A DNA stretch of 62,952 bases, filler included, from Octopus bimaculoides (GCF_001194135.2; 8 parts of 7 records of this genome joined end to end with filler, not necessarily neighbours in it); one strand, 5' to 3'. Shown: positions 1 through 11,803, counted from the first letter of the whole stretch. Numbers and translations: made by a program. Notes: generated by a model from the letters alone, not told the origin.

Positions 1-236
1 CTCTCTCTCTCTCTCTCCTCCCCTGATTACATTGTCAATAATGCAGCTGCTTCTCAAATGACTCCCACTGTTGCACTACCTGCTGACTGACTGACATTCT
101 CATCGTTCCTGCTTTATTTTATTTTATTTCGTTTCGTTTCATTCTCTCTTTTGTAATTACTCGACACCTCTCATTTGCAATGTCTTCTTCATATCTCGAC
201 ATTAAAAACATAACATCATTGTTGTCTTGTTGCTGT

Positions 237-268
<32 letters not shown>

Positions 269-536
269 TTTTTGTTTGCACTATAATCAAAAACATTCAA
301 GCCATACTATTCTTTCTTTCTTTAAGAACTCCACCTCAATCGTTTTATTATGCATTGAAAAAAAAATGCTTTTCTGGGGACTGCAAAAAAAAAAAAAAAA
401 AGNNNNNNNNNNAAAAAAAAAAAAAAAAGGGACTGTTTAGAATATCAAGCATTCAGAATTCGTAAAACAAATCTTATTTTAAACAAAATAAAAAAAGTTA
501 TTTTTCTTGAAAAATAAAAAAAAAGGAGGGGAGGGG

Positions 537-800
537 TGGAAGGCATGGCCGTATGATTAAGAAGCTTGCTTTGCAACCATGTGATTTCAGGTTCAGTCTT
601 CTTGCATAGTACATTGGGAAAATGTCTCCTATTATAGTCCCAGACCGATCAATGCTTTGTGAGTGAAATTGGTGTGGTGGTTGAAATGGAGTGAAATGGA
701 GTGAAATGGAATGAAATGGAGTGAAATGGAGTGAAATATATATATAGTGAAATGGAAATAAATATATATACGATGGAAGCCCATCGTATATATATTTCGT
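537..800 (+). mobile_element. Degenerate SINE family B head with an inserted (GAAATGGAGT)n minisatellite
   Basis: Aligns by eye to the copy at 1008 (tggc..tg..aagaagcttgct..aaccatgtg..ggttcagtc..cttggg aa tgtct..tatag..gaccga..gc.ttgtgagtga..gaagcccatcgtatata). About 5 10-bp units lie at 684-737. Confidence 0.65.
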
Positions 801-1007
801 TTTTGGGATTTGAACAAGAAAAAGAGCGCAACTTGGAAAACGGACATAGCCAACGACAATTGAAAAGGTTGCAAGACGCAACGAAAATTTTAGGATAATA
901 AATAAGTGAATGAGTGGAAACTGTACTGGTGAGTGTGTTAAATAATAAGGCACTAAAGGAGAATAACTCTCCCTAGACAGAACAATATATATATATATAT
1001 ATATATA

Positions 1008-1215
1008 GGAGTGGCTGTGTGGTAAGTAGCTTGTTTACTAACCACATGGTTCCGGGTTCAGTCCTACTGCGTGGCACCTTGGGCAAGTGTCTTCTACTAT
1101 AGCCTCGGACCGACCAAAGCCTTGTGAGTGGATTTGGTAGACGGAAACTGAAAGAAGCCCGTCATGTATATGTATATATGTATGTGTGTGTATATGTTTG
1201 TGTGTCTGTATTTGT
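1008..1215 (+). mobile_element. tRNA-derived SINE family B, 5' half (runs into a gap)
   Basis: A-box-like TGGCTGTGTGG, B-box-like GGTTCAGTCC, then caccttgggcaagtgtcttctactatagcc. Many other copies occur in the window. Confidence 0.85.
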
Positions 1216-2051
1216 NNNNNNNNNNNNNNNNNNNNNNNNNNNNNNNNNNNNNNNNNNNNNNNNNNNNNNNNNNNNNNNNNNNNNNNNNNNNNNNNNNNNN
1301 NNNNNNNNNNNNNNNNNNNNNNNNNNNNNNNNNNNNNNNNNNNNNNNNNNNNNNNNNNNNNNNNNNNNNNNNNNNNNNNNNNNNNNNNNNNNNNNNNNNN
1401 NNNNNNNNNNNNNNNNNNNNNNNNNNNNNNNNNNNNNNNNNNNNNNNNNNNNNNNNNNNNNNNNNNNNNNNNNNNNNNNNNNNNNNNNNNNNNNNNNNNN
1501 NNNNNNNNNNNNNNNNNNNNNNNNNNNNNNNNNNNNNNNNNNNNNNNNNNNNNNNNNNNNNNNNNNNNNNNNNNNNNNNNNNNNNNNNNNNNNNNNNNNN
1601 NNNNNNNNNNNNNNNNNNNNNNNNNNNNNNNNNNNNNNNNNNNNNNNNNNNNNNNNNNNNNNNNNNNNNNNNNNNNNNNNNNNNNNNNNNNNNNNNNNNN
1701 NNNNNNNNNNNNNNNNNNNNNNNNNNNNNNNNNNNNNNNNNNNNNNNNNNNNNNNNNNNNNNNNNNNNNNNNNNNNNNNNNNNNNNNNNNNNNNNNNNNN
1801 NNNNNNNNNNNNNNNNNNNNNNNNNNNNNNNNNNNNNNNNNNNNNNNNNNNNNNNNNNNNNNNNNNNNNNNNNNNNNNNNNNNNNNNNNNNNNNNNNNNN
1901 NNNNNNNNNNNNNNNNNNNNNNNNNNNNNNNNNNNNNNNNNNNNNNNNNNNNNNNNNNNNNNNNNNNNNNNNNNNNNNNNNNNNNNNNNNNNNNNNNNNN
2001 NNNNNNNNNNNNNNNNNNNNNNNNNNNNNNNNNNNNNNNNNNNNNNNNNNN

Positions 2052-2880
2052 GGACAACAGAATGAACACATAGGAAAACAGACAAGCCACATATGGAACT
2101 TTTCCTTCATCAGCTGCCTCTATTCTAAACTAGGTGTTTCGAAGATGAGGCAGAACGCGCTCTTAGAATAGCTCTTCTCGCAAAGCAAATTAAAGAAAAC
2201 CTGCTATGCGGAGGATTCCAAAGTGGAAAACAGAAACCAAAACAGGGAAAACTAAACAGTGAAAACAACGTTGAGGGCCGTGAAGCCGAACGAGATGAGA
2301 TACTGAACGCTGTGATGTGACGAACTTGAGCAGAGAGAGATAGCAGTTCGTGTTGCCTTTATGCTGGCCGAATGGAGAAAGGAAGAGGTGACCACAGGTC
2401 ACGTGTGATCAATGAGGAGTGGTAGAGAGAGGAAAAGGAAAGAAGTTGAACATAGGTGAGCGATGAGAGACAGGGAGGAAGAGTAAGTGAGAGATATTGC
2501 AGTGAAGGGGAGAAGCAAGGACAACAGAAGGACGAATATATATGATATAATATAAATAATATATAAATATATACATACATATATGTACATACCTACATAT
2601 ATATGTATATATACATGCATATATGGGTACAGGACATTAAAAAAAAAACGTAGACACAATAAGAAACGAAAACATAAAAACAGAAACATAGAAAACGAAC
2701 TTTTTCGAGCAACGAATAAAACAAACAGAGAACCGAGACATGCAACATAAAGAACAATCCCTTCATCAGTTGTCCCTGTTTCATCTACTCCGCGTTTCGA
2801 AGGTTGGGACAATACGCGACTTCGTTGAAACAGTCCTTCCTGCAAAGCAAATTAAATAAAATTTGGGATTTTTTGCGACA
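2052..2880. repeat. Dispersed repeat family P with an internal partial duplication; possibly Penelope-derived and non-autonomous
   Basis: Blocks 2100-2200 and 2758-2880 resemble each other (ccttcatcag..gtttcgaag..gcaaagcaaattaaa) and match 10970-11430, 25545-25760 and 43825-43935 (shared ggtcacgtg, tacaggac). The Penelope assignment is inference only. Confidence 0.55.
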
Positions 2881-2884
2881 TATA

Positions 2885-3235
2885 TCTATATATATAAAAA
2901 TGAGAATGTGTGTCTGTCTGTCTGTCTGTGTGTCTGTGTGAATCCCTAAAACTCGAGAACTACACAACCAATTTCATTCAAATTTTACACATGCCTTACT
3001 TAGGGTCCCGGTTGTGTTTTAGCCAAAAGCAAATTTCTTTAACTTCTTGCATAGTTCGAGCCCACAGCAACATAATATCTCCTCCACTATTTAAGTATTA
3101 CGCGTCAAAAGTGAAACAAAAACACTCATGTCAAATACTTTCACTTTAAAAATGAAACTATTCCACTAACTGAAACAATCACATTTCGATACTGTAATGA
3201 CAGATACTTTCACTTTAATGGTACTCTCACATATA
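2885..3235 (+). mobile_element. Non-autonomous Helitron 5' end
   Basis: A^TC start, TCTATATATATAAAAATGAGAATG, then a (GTCT)n tract and actcgagaactac..accaattt..caaattt. This is the layout typical of HINE/Lep1-type Helitrons. Confidence 0.7.
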
Positions 3236-3300
3236 TACAGGGATACATACATATATACATGCATATATGCATATATATATATCTGCACAAATGTATACAT

Positions 3301-3338
<38 letters not shown>

Positions 3339-3843
3339 NNNNNNNNNNNNNNNNNNNNNNNNNNNNNNNNNNNNNNNNNNNNNNNNNNNNNNNNNNNNNN
3401 NNNNNNNNNNNNNNNNNNNNNNNNNNNNNNNNNNNNNNNNNNNNNNNNNNNNNNNNNNNNNNNNNNNNNNNNNNNNNNNNNNNNNNNNNNNNNNNNNNNN
3501 NNNNNNNNNNNNNNNNNNNNNNNNNNNNNNNNNNNNNNNNNNNNNNNNNNNNNNNNNNNNNNNNNNNNNNNNNNNNNNNNNNNNNNNNNNNNNNNNNNNN
3601 NNNNNNNNNNNNNNNNNNNNNNNNNNNNNNNNNNNNNNNNNNNNNNNNNNNNNNNNNNNNNNNNNNNNNNNNNNNNNNNNNNNNNNNNNNNNNNNNNNNN
3701 NNNNNNNNNNNNNNNNNNNNNNNNNNNNNNNNNNNNNNNNNNNNNNNNNNNNNNNNNNNNNNNNNNNNNNNNNNNNNNNNNNNNNNNNNNNNNNNNNNNN
3801 NNNNNNNNNNNNNNNNNNNNNNNNNTATATATACACATATATA

Positions 3844-4001
3844 CGACAGGCTTCGTTCAGTTTCTTCTACCAAATTCACTCACAAGGTTTTGGTCGGCTA
3901 GAGACTATAGTAGAAGACACTTGCCCAAGGTGTCACGCAGTGGGACTGAACACGGAACCGTGTGGTTGGGAAACAATCCTCTTACCACTCTCAGCCACGC
4001 C
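3844..4001 (-). mobile_element. SINE family B, 5' half
   Basis: Reverse complement of the head at 1008-1160. Confidence 0.85.
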
Positions 4002-4063
4002 TATATTCTATCTATCTATCTATCTATCTATCTATTTATGTGTCTCCCAGTCTTTGTGTGTGT

Positions 4064-4097
<34 letters not shown>

Positions 4098-4412
4098 CCA
4101 CGCGCAATATGGCCGTTTTGGAACTGAGGAGACCATAGTTTAAATGAGTACTCAATACACGTGTTATGTAGCGTGGATATGGTTATTTGTGAACAAAAAG
4201 CCCTACAGCAAGTTTATCCGTTTCAGCAGATACAGTGAAAATGCTAAAGATTCACATCATCTGAGGCAAATATTTCCTTTGTGCACCGGGTACGCATGGA
4301 TACGTGGTCAGCATACAGAAAGTAAATTAATAATATAATGAGATTCACAGCATATTTAAAATTGACAATTCTCCATTTCAAACCTGATTAATAAACTGAT
4401 AATGACTGATAA

Positions 4413-4645
4413 GAGCTGGCAGAATCGATAGTGTGTCGGACAAAATGCTTAGCGGCATTTCTTCCGGTTCTTTACGTTCTGAGCTTAAATATCTCCGAGT
4501 TCGGATTTGTTTCTTTTTTTTTTTTTTTTTTTTTTTTATCCTTTCGGGGTCGATAAAAGTAAATACCAGTTGAACACTGGAATCAATGTAACCGACTAAC
4601 TTTTTTCCTCCAAAATTTCAGGCCCTGTGCCTTGAATAGAAAGTA
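4413..4645 (+). mobile_element. SINE family A
   Basis: gagctggcagaatcg..aaatgcttagcggcattt..ttctgag..cctttcggggtcgataaa..taccagtt; matches about 20 other copies here. Confidence 0.85.
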
Positions 4646-4881
4646 ATACTTTTATCGCATTTCACCCTCATTTCTATTTTCTCCCTCTGTCCTTTATTTA
4701 AATCCCCACACAAATTGTTGTCTGTTCTTGTGATATCCCTCTTATCTGTGCCAATGTGGCTAATAAAACATGTATTGGGCCCTTGTGGCCAATAAAAGAA
4801 ATAATAATAATATTAAATTTAAATTACGATAAACGTAAAGAAACAAACGAAGTTTGCTTTTAGAACTGTTGAGATGTCTTA

Positions 4882-5081
4882 GAAAGTTAAAGAAGTGATT
4901 TTTAAATTCTCAAACGCAGGATAATGCTAATAATATAGCCTGAACAGGATAAACTACCCTGTTGGCGGCCAGCCTGGCCGCCAACACTTTTTTCTGCAAA
5001 TTAGGGGTAGCTTATCCTGTTCAGGCTATATTATTAGCATTATCCTGCGTTTGAGAATTTAAAATCACTTCTTTAACTTTC
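4882..5081. repeat. Near-perfect ~78-bp inverted repeat enclosing a 12-bp-stem hairpin (MITE/foldback-like)
   Basis: 4882-4959 is the reverse complement of 5005-5081, with one substitution and one 1-nt indel. The inner hairpin is TGTTGGCGGCCA-gcc-TGGCCGCCAACA (4960-4986). Confidence 0.9.
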
Positions 5082-5106
5082 CAATAATAATATTGTTATC
5101 ATTGAG

Positions 5107-5696
5107 AAGGTGGTGAGCTGGCAGAACCGTTNNNNNNNNNNNNNNNNNNNNNNNNNNNNNNNNNNNNNNNNNNNNNNNNNNNNNNNNNNNNNNNNNNNNN
5201 NNNNNNNNNNNNNNNNNNNNNNNNNNNNNNNNNNNNNNNNNNNNNNNNNNNNNNNNNNNNNNNNNNNNNNNNNNNNNNNNNNNNNNNNNNNNNNNNNNNN
5301 NNNNNNNNNNNNNNNNNNNNNNNNNNNNNNNNNNNNNNNNNNNNNNNNNNNNNNNNNNNNNNNNNNNNNNNNNNNNNNNNNNNNNNNNNNNNNNNNNNNN
5401 NNNNNNNNNNNNNNNNNNNNNNNNNNNNNNNNNNNNNNNNNNNNNNNNNNNNNNNNNNNNNNNNNNNNNNNNNNNNNNNNNNNNNNNNNNNNNNNNNNNN
5501 NNNNNNNNNNNNNNNNNNNNNNNNNNNNNNNNNNNNNNNNNNNNNNNNNNNNNNNNNNNNNNNNNNNNNNNNNNNNNNNNNNNNNNNNNNNNNNNNNNNN
5601 NNNNNNNNNNNNNNNNNNNNNNNNNNNNNNNNNNNNNNNNNNNNNNNNNNNNNNNNNNNNNNNNNNNNNNNNNNNNNNTGTTTAAATTCCACCGAG
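5107..5696 (+). mobile_element. SINE family A interrupted by a gap
   Basis: aaggtggtgagctggcagaaccgtt precedes the gap; tttaaattccaccgag follows it. Confidence 0.6.
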
Positions 5697-5997
5697 TGCT
5701 TTTCTAGTTACTATCATCATCATCATCATCATTAAAGAGAAAAAAAAAAGGTAATGTAAAAGGAGAAAGGGCTCTATACCCCTTTCTTATTTTTTCTGAC
5801 CAGGCTCCCGTGGTTTTATGGGTTTTTCCACGTGTAACCTTTCCTTTTTCGAAGCGCCTCCCCCTTTGGGAGTTCTACTTATTTATTTATCTATTTATTT
5901 ATCTATTTATTTATTATATCTTTCTCCGTTTTCTTCCTCTGTTTAGACGAACTTTCCTACCTTTTCGGACAAAACCTTTTGTAACCTTCGTCCTTTT

Positions 5998-6155
5998 GTA
6001 TCATCATCATCATCATCACCATGGTCATCATCATGGTCATCATCATCATCACCATCATCACCATCATCATCACCATCATCATCATCATCATCATCATCAC
6101 AATCATCATCATCATCATCATCATCACAATCATCATCATCATTATCATCAACATG
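5998..6155 (+). repeat. (CAT)n microsatellite
   Basis: Direct reading; it produces the poly-His/Ile/Met ORFs. Confidence 0.95.
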
Positions 6156-6256
6156 ATCGTTATAATCAATACCTGTTTTACATTATTTATTTATGTATAC
6201 AACTCCTTATATTTACATATTTTTTCCTAATTTTATAAACTTTGTCGTCGTCGTCG

Positions 6257-6288
<32 letters not shown>

Positions 6289-6555
6289 GCTGCTGCTATT
6301 CAGCCCTAGGCTAGGTACGACTATGCTAAACCGATGATCAAAGATATTCCAGTCACGTTCATCCTGCCATCATCATGTGTTGATGTGTAGGTACAAACGT
6401 ATGTGTGTGTGTGCGTGTATGTATGTATGTATGTATGTATGTATGTGCGTGTATGTATGTGCATGTATGTATGTATGTATGTATGTGTATGTGTGCACGT
6501 GTGTGTATATANNNNNNNNNNNNNNNNNNNNNNNNNNNNNNNNNNNNNNNNNNNN

Positions 6556-6567
6556 TTAATTAATTAA
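6556..6567. other. Assembly linker TTAATTAATTAA (six-frame stop) inside a 100-bp gap; also at 11539, 25848, 32983, 44691, 56368 and 61773
   Basis: The identical 12-mer is always centred between N-runs (44 N each side at 6556), so it is not biological sequence. Confidence 0.95.
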
Positions 6568-6611
6568 NNNNNNNNNNNNNNNNNNNNNNNNNNNNNNNNN
6601 NNNNNNNNNNN

Positions 6612-6888
6612 CCCTGCTATGTATAATCAGGGCAGCGCAAAAAGTTGTTTTGCACAAGCATTTCTATAGCCAATTACGCGGATGAAATTTACGTATGCTT
6701 AATAATTTTACGCAAAACAGCCTTCAGACTTTCCCTATTAATTTCATCGTCTTTTGAATTATGAACATATTTACATCATAAGGGTTTTTTCGTTGTAAGG
6801 CTTTCTTTTTTATTTGATTTTCAGCTAGCAAGACTTATCGTAGATGGCATAATAAGTCACACCCGGACAAGGTCGGGTTATACTGCTA

Positions 6889-6889
<1 letters not shown>
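6612..6889 (+). mobile_element. Helitron 3' end
   Basis: Subterminal hairpin ACCCG-GACAAGGT-CGGGT (6861-6878), then CTAG at 6886-6889 followed by T: the canonical rolling-circle 3' signature. Confidence 0.75.
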
Positions 6890-6925
<36 letters not shown>

Positions 6926-7069
6926 TATATGTAACTATTGTTGCTTTATGATATCTGCTGATACTTTTAGCATGCTAATTTATGCTAGTTATATAATGTC
7001 TTCCGAGAAGAGAAATTGAATAAAGGAAAAATCTCCTAATAATTATGTCTAATAAGCATTCTTCAATAA

Positions 7070-7212
7070 TGAGATATTTGCCTGATTTCTGCGAAAACAC
7101 AGAATCCTGTTTCATAACTATTTCACCATTACTTGAACTTAACTGTTTTAAATATATGGGAAAATGAAATTGCGTTTAATGTGAAGAAATGATTGTCATA
7201 TGTCACTGTATA
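7070..7212 (-). pseudogene. Decayed coding fragment of an unidentified multi-copy family (TVTYDNHFFTLNAISFSH / LSSSNGEIVMKQDSVFSQKSGKYLIIEE)
   Basis: Homologous to 9061-9120 and 8820-8905. Many differences between copies are synonymous in these minus-strand frames. Confidence 0.45.
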
Positions 7213-7668
7213 AACGAAAACGCAGAATGATTATAGACAGAATGCTAATTCAGGGCTGGTTTGGTGTTAAACAAGTTAAACAATAACAACTTTATTTCTT
7301 TACAAAGAAATCAGTATGTTATTTTGTGCGTATATGATATGAATAAATACATAATAATTTTGTAGTTAAATAAGTCAATGCGTATTTAACTTCTAGCTAG
7401 TACTTCTCAATCGTTTTTGTTCAAACGCCTTTCTTTAGTCCCAGAGAATCATCAAGCACCCCTTTTCATCACTCTTCAATATTATGCATACAGGAGAGGG
7501 TTAGAATGTTAAAATTAATCATCAAAAGTTTTTTACACCGTCTCACATTTGATAAAGCTTGCCCTAGAAAACTAAACAGCTGAATCGATGAAAAAAAAAA
7601 AAAAAAGCAACAACAAGCGACTGAAAAACTAGATAATATTTGCAAATGACTAATATTTGTATTTCCAT

Positions 7669-7862
7669 AAGTCAGCGAGCCGGGTAAAATGTTTAGCGGT
7701 ATTTCGCCCGACTTTACCGTCAGAGTTCAAATTCCACCGAGCTCGACTTTGCTTTTCATCTTTTCGTGGTCGATAAAATAAGTACCAGTTGAACACTGGG
7801 GTCGATGTAATCGACTTACCCTCTTCCTCCAAACATGCTAGCCTTGTTCCAAAATTTGACAT
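7669..7862 (+). mobile_element. SINE family A
   Basis: Matches the family consensus (gagttcaaattcc..gtcgataaaataagtaccagttgaacactggggtcgatgtaatcgac). Confidence 0.85.
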
Positions 7863-8246
7863 CAATACCTATATTTACATAAGTATGGCTGTGTTGTCAA
7901 GAAATTCACTTTGCAATCGTGTCATTGAAGAGTAAATCTCTCTGCGTGACACCTTAGGGAATCATCTTTTGTTATATCCACATGTTGACCAATTGATACC
8001 CTGTAATTTGTTGATTTCGTACAGTCCCTGTCAGGCTTGATCAACCAAGTAGTATTGCACGTAGAAAGTCTGTTGAATGGTGACACGCGATCCACAGAAT
8101 CTGTTTTGTGCAGTTCGTGTTGTAGTTATAAGTCGAAAACTTTACTAATGTCGATGGTAGTTAGGATGTGTTGAGTTGCGTTTTTCTTGATGTATCCATC
8201 GTGTATTTTGTGTATTAAGTTTGTGGATAATATGGTGATTGAGTGT

Positions 8247-8540
8247 AAGGCAGTGAGCTGGCAGAATCGTTAGCACACTGGGCGAAATGCTTAGCGGCAT
8301 TTCGTCCGTCTTCACATTCTGAGTTCAAATTCAGCTGAGGTCGACTTTGCCTTTCATCCTTTCCAGGTCGATAAAATAAGTATCAGTTGGGTACTGGTGT
8401 CGACTTACCCCCTTCCCCCAAATCAACTTACCCTACTCCCCAGAAGTGCTGGCCTCGTACCAAAATGTGAAATCAAAGGCAGCGAGCTGGTGGAATACTT
8501 AGCGGAATTCCGTCCTTGTGTCAAAATTTGAAGCCATTAT
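8247..8540 (+). mobile_element. SINE family A, full copy followed by an internally deleted head+tail copy
   Basis: aaggcagtgagctggcag at 8247; a second aaggcagcgagctgg at 8476 is fused directly to the tail (ccttgtgtcaaaatttgaa). Confidence 0.85.
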
Positions 8541-8599
8541 GATGGTTGAGAGTGGTGTACTAAATCTTGGTTGTGATTTAATGATCGTCAGTGATGTCG

Positions 8600-9130
8600 A
8601 GGATGAATATATCTGGTATTTGTCTGGGTCTGTATATAAGGGTAATGAGATCGTATCACTTTTCGGTCTGCTGTACAAACCAATTTAGACTTGGGGACAT
8701 GATGGTCTGGTGGGGGACGGCAAAGTTAAGGGCTGCCATCAGAATCCTGTTCCATGACCATTTCACCATCTCTTGATCTTAGCAGTTTTGGATACGTTTC
8801 TTTTGTAGCTTGAATGGAATTCTTCGATAGTGAGATGTTTGTCTGATTTCCGTCCTATACCAGAATCCTGCTTCATGACTATTTCACCATCTCTTGAGCT
8901 CAGAGGTTTTCCTTCCAAGTATAGATTGTTTTGCTGGTTGTCCTACTCTCTTTTCATAAGGATGGATTGTTGTAAGAACTGGGATATTTTGTAAAATATA
9001 CATTTAATGACCTCGTTGAATGAATGTTTCTAATAAAGCCACGTCAAAGACCATTTTATTAAATTTATGGGAAAATGAAATTGCATTTACAGTGAAAAAA
9101 TAATTATCATATGTCACTGTATCAACCTCT
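8600..9130 (-). pseudogene. Decayed, frameshifted ORF of an unidentified family with an internal SRDGE(I/M)VM(K/E)QDS repeat
   Basis: Minus strand reads KPLSSRDGEIVMKQDSGIGRKSDKHLTIEEF and then LRSRDGEMVMEQDS; it is homologous to 7070-7212. Its gggtctgctgta motif recurs at 14830-15030. Confidence 0.45.
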
Positions 9131-10599
9131 TGTATGTTGTTATACCCCGCTGGGTACAATGCACTTCCTCGCGTTGTAGTTGCTTTCGAATTATTCCACC
9201 ATATGCTTAGTCCAACATTCTCCCTAAATGAAGCACCAATCTGTTGCAGATGGTGCAGGACTAAAACCCGGCTGTTATACATTTGCAAGTAAGAGTCACT
9301 TGTAGACTGTCTGTTCAGAGGTGTAGGAAAGAAGAATAAAGAAAGAACGAGAGTAGGAATACAAAAAGCATCAAAAAAGGATCTCAAAATTTGATTGCTT
9401 CCAAAGCTCCACCAATTTCACAACGGGTTACAGCTTCAAGGAAAGCGGGAGAAATCGCCTCGTCCTTAGTGCCAGAAGCCGACAATCATGGATCCCCTTT
9501 GTCGACTACAATCAGAATTACCAACTCTATTTGTAAGAATATCAAGTATATGGAGAATAAATAAACTGGGTAGATCGAAGCAGCGTGAAAAGAAGTGGTT
9601 TTCTCAAGAATACAAGGCAACGCCGGTCTGGGAATCGAAACCAGGTCTGGTGTGGGGGCTTGCTCCGTTGCAGCACGTCACTGCATCCACTATTTGTCGG
9701 TATTTGGTCGGGTTGTCTCGGGAAACTTCCGAGCATGTCCCGGGGAGCAACTCCCCAAACCATTAGGACACGCGCCCAGATTATCTTATATACTAAGCGA
9801 AAAATCTTGTATTGTTGTCACTGCTCACTACAAGTGATTAAGCAAATATATTGGGTACTATTTCTTATATTGTCAGTTCTAGGTTACATTACTTCTAATA
9901 CATCATCTGTCATATTTTATTTATTTAGTAAAGTTTATTTGCCAACATAATGTGGCTAGAAGGGAGTAGTAAACCTCCTTACTTACAGTATATCTCGGAC
10001 ACAGATCATGTGTTGATAACCAGATGGAAAATATGTTTTCATAGGGTTAAAAAGTAGTAATGCAGGACTGCCACGTTATGTTGACAATTAAACTACACGG
10101 TATTGTTACTACATAGATCTCATTCAGAGATTTAAAACTAGTTATTTATTCAAATACTCATTTATTTATTTCTATCCATCAAACTCTTTCGAGTGTACAA
10201 AAGATAGTGACTACACAATACACGCTTCAGCACTAGGATGCTAATATATTTTCTGAAAGGCAACATTTGTCTCCGCCGATATTCCGAGAGTCACATCTGA
10301 TAAATTACCTGCATAGATCTATGGTCTCTCTTCATTAACCACTTTCAGATCAGCTACAAGAAAATCAGTTCTATGAACGTTTCCCCACTGCAGCATAGAA
10401 AACAAGCTTACTGGTCTGTAATGATATTCTTTTTGTCCCTCCATATGTTCACACTTTAAACAGCCTTAACAAAATTAAAGATCTAATGCAAATCATTGAT
10501 AGAAAGAAACATGTTCGAGTGTTACGTTTTAAACAAGAATAGCAAGGGAGCGAATTCGAAGACATGATCGAAATATTTAATACAAGGAAACAATGCAGG

Positions 10600-10741
10600 C
10601 ATGGCAGTGTGTTTACAAAGATTACGTGATATCGGGTTCAGTCTCACTGCGCAGCACCTTTGGGAAGTACCTTCTGCTATAGCCCCGAGCCGACCAATAC
10701 ATTGTGAGAGATGTAAGGTAGACGAAATTGTTGAAGCCCAT

Positions 10742-10745
<4 letters not shown>
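10600..10745 (+). mobile_element. Degenerate SINE family B head
   Basis: gggttcagtctcactgcgcagcacctttgggaagt..ctatagccccgagccgacc..gaagcccatc. Confidence 0.7.
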
Positions 10746-10776
<31 letters not shown>

Positions 10777-10779
10777 AAT

Positions 10780-11480
10780 ACAGAATGGGACAAGAACGCA
10801 AAACATCCAGACAGTTAGGTGATACATGAAAGGGACAAAACATCCGGACAGACGATACAAAGAAAACACGGACAGGTCATTCGGAGTTTTCTTTCTTCAG
10901 TCGATATATGCATATATACATACGTATATGTACATACTTACATCTTATACGCATATATATATGTATATGTGGGTACAGGACGTCACGAAACGTGTACAAC
11001 AAAAAATACAAAGTACGAGTACATGGAATATGAACTATTTTTCGAACAACGAAAGAAACAAATGGAAAACAAGACAAACAACATAAAGAACGACCATTCA
11101 TCAGGTGTTGGCTGTTTTTCTACTCTCATATTTCGAACATTTAACAACAATATATGTTTTCGATTAAACAGTTGCTCCCGCAAAACAAATTAAATAAAAT
11201 TTGAGATTTTGCGGAGGGTAAAAATTGGTAACACAAACAGGACAGTGAAAACAAACAGGAAGGGCTGCTAAGTCTAAACGAGATTGTGGTGGCGAACGCG
11301 TAAACCAAGCATGGGCAGGAGACAGACAAGAACACGTCTTCTTTGTTCCAGCTACAACGGAGAGAAAGAAACACAAGGTAGGAGAAGAAAGAAAGATGGC
11401 CGACTGTCACGTGGGAGCCACGTGAGCAAGGGAGGAGTGAGGGAGAGAGAGTGACAGAGTGATAGGATAGAAGAGTGGGA
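10780..11480. repeat. Dispersed repeat family P copy
   Basis: 10970-11220 aligns with 2625-2880 (gggtacaggac..aacataaagaac..ttcatcag..gcaaaacaaattaaataaaatttg). Confidence 0.6.
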
Positions 11481-11689
11481 GAAGAGGTACTTATNNNNNN
11501 NNNNNNNNNNNNNNNNNNNNNNNNNNNNNNNNNNNNNNTTAATTAATTAANNNNNNNNNNNNNNNNNNNNNNNNNNNNNNNNNNNNNNNNNNNNATATAT
11601 ATATATATATATATATATATAGCTGAGTGTGTGTTAGTGTGTCTGGACTGGGCTGTATATATATGCATGTACTCGTATTTGTGTCTCTG

Positions 11690-11769
11690 TATGTGTGTGA
11701 GAAGGTGTGAATGCGTGGGTATGTGAGAGAGAAAGAGAGAAGTAATAAGAGAAGAGAAGGAAGAAGAAA

Positions 11770-11803
<34 letters not shown>

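Noticed and set aside
2100-2140. Permuted hammerhead in family P (GAAAC..CTGATGA on minus; also at 2760 and 11095)
   Set aside because: The segment that must form stem I is not self-complementary in any copy.
6556-6567. Recurrent TTAATTAATTAA palindrome as a biological motif
   Set aside because: All seven copies sit in the centre of 100-bp gaps; it is an assembly linker.
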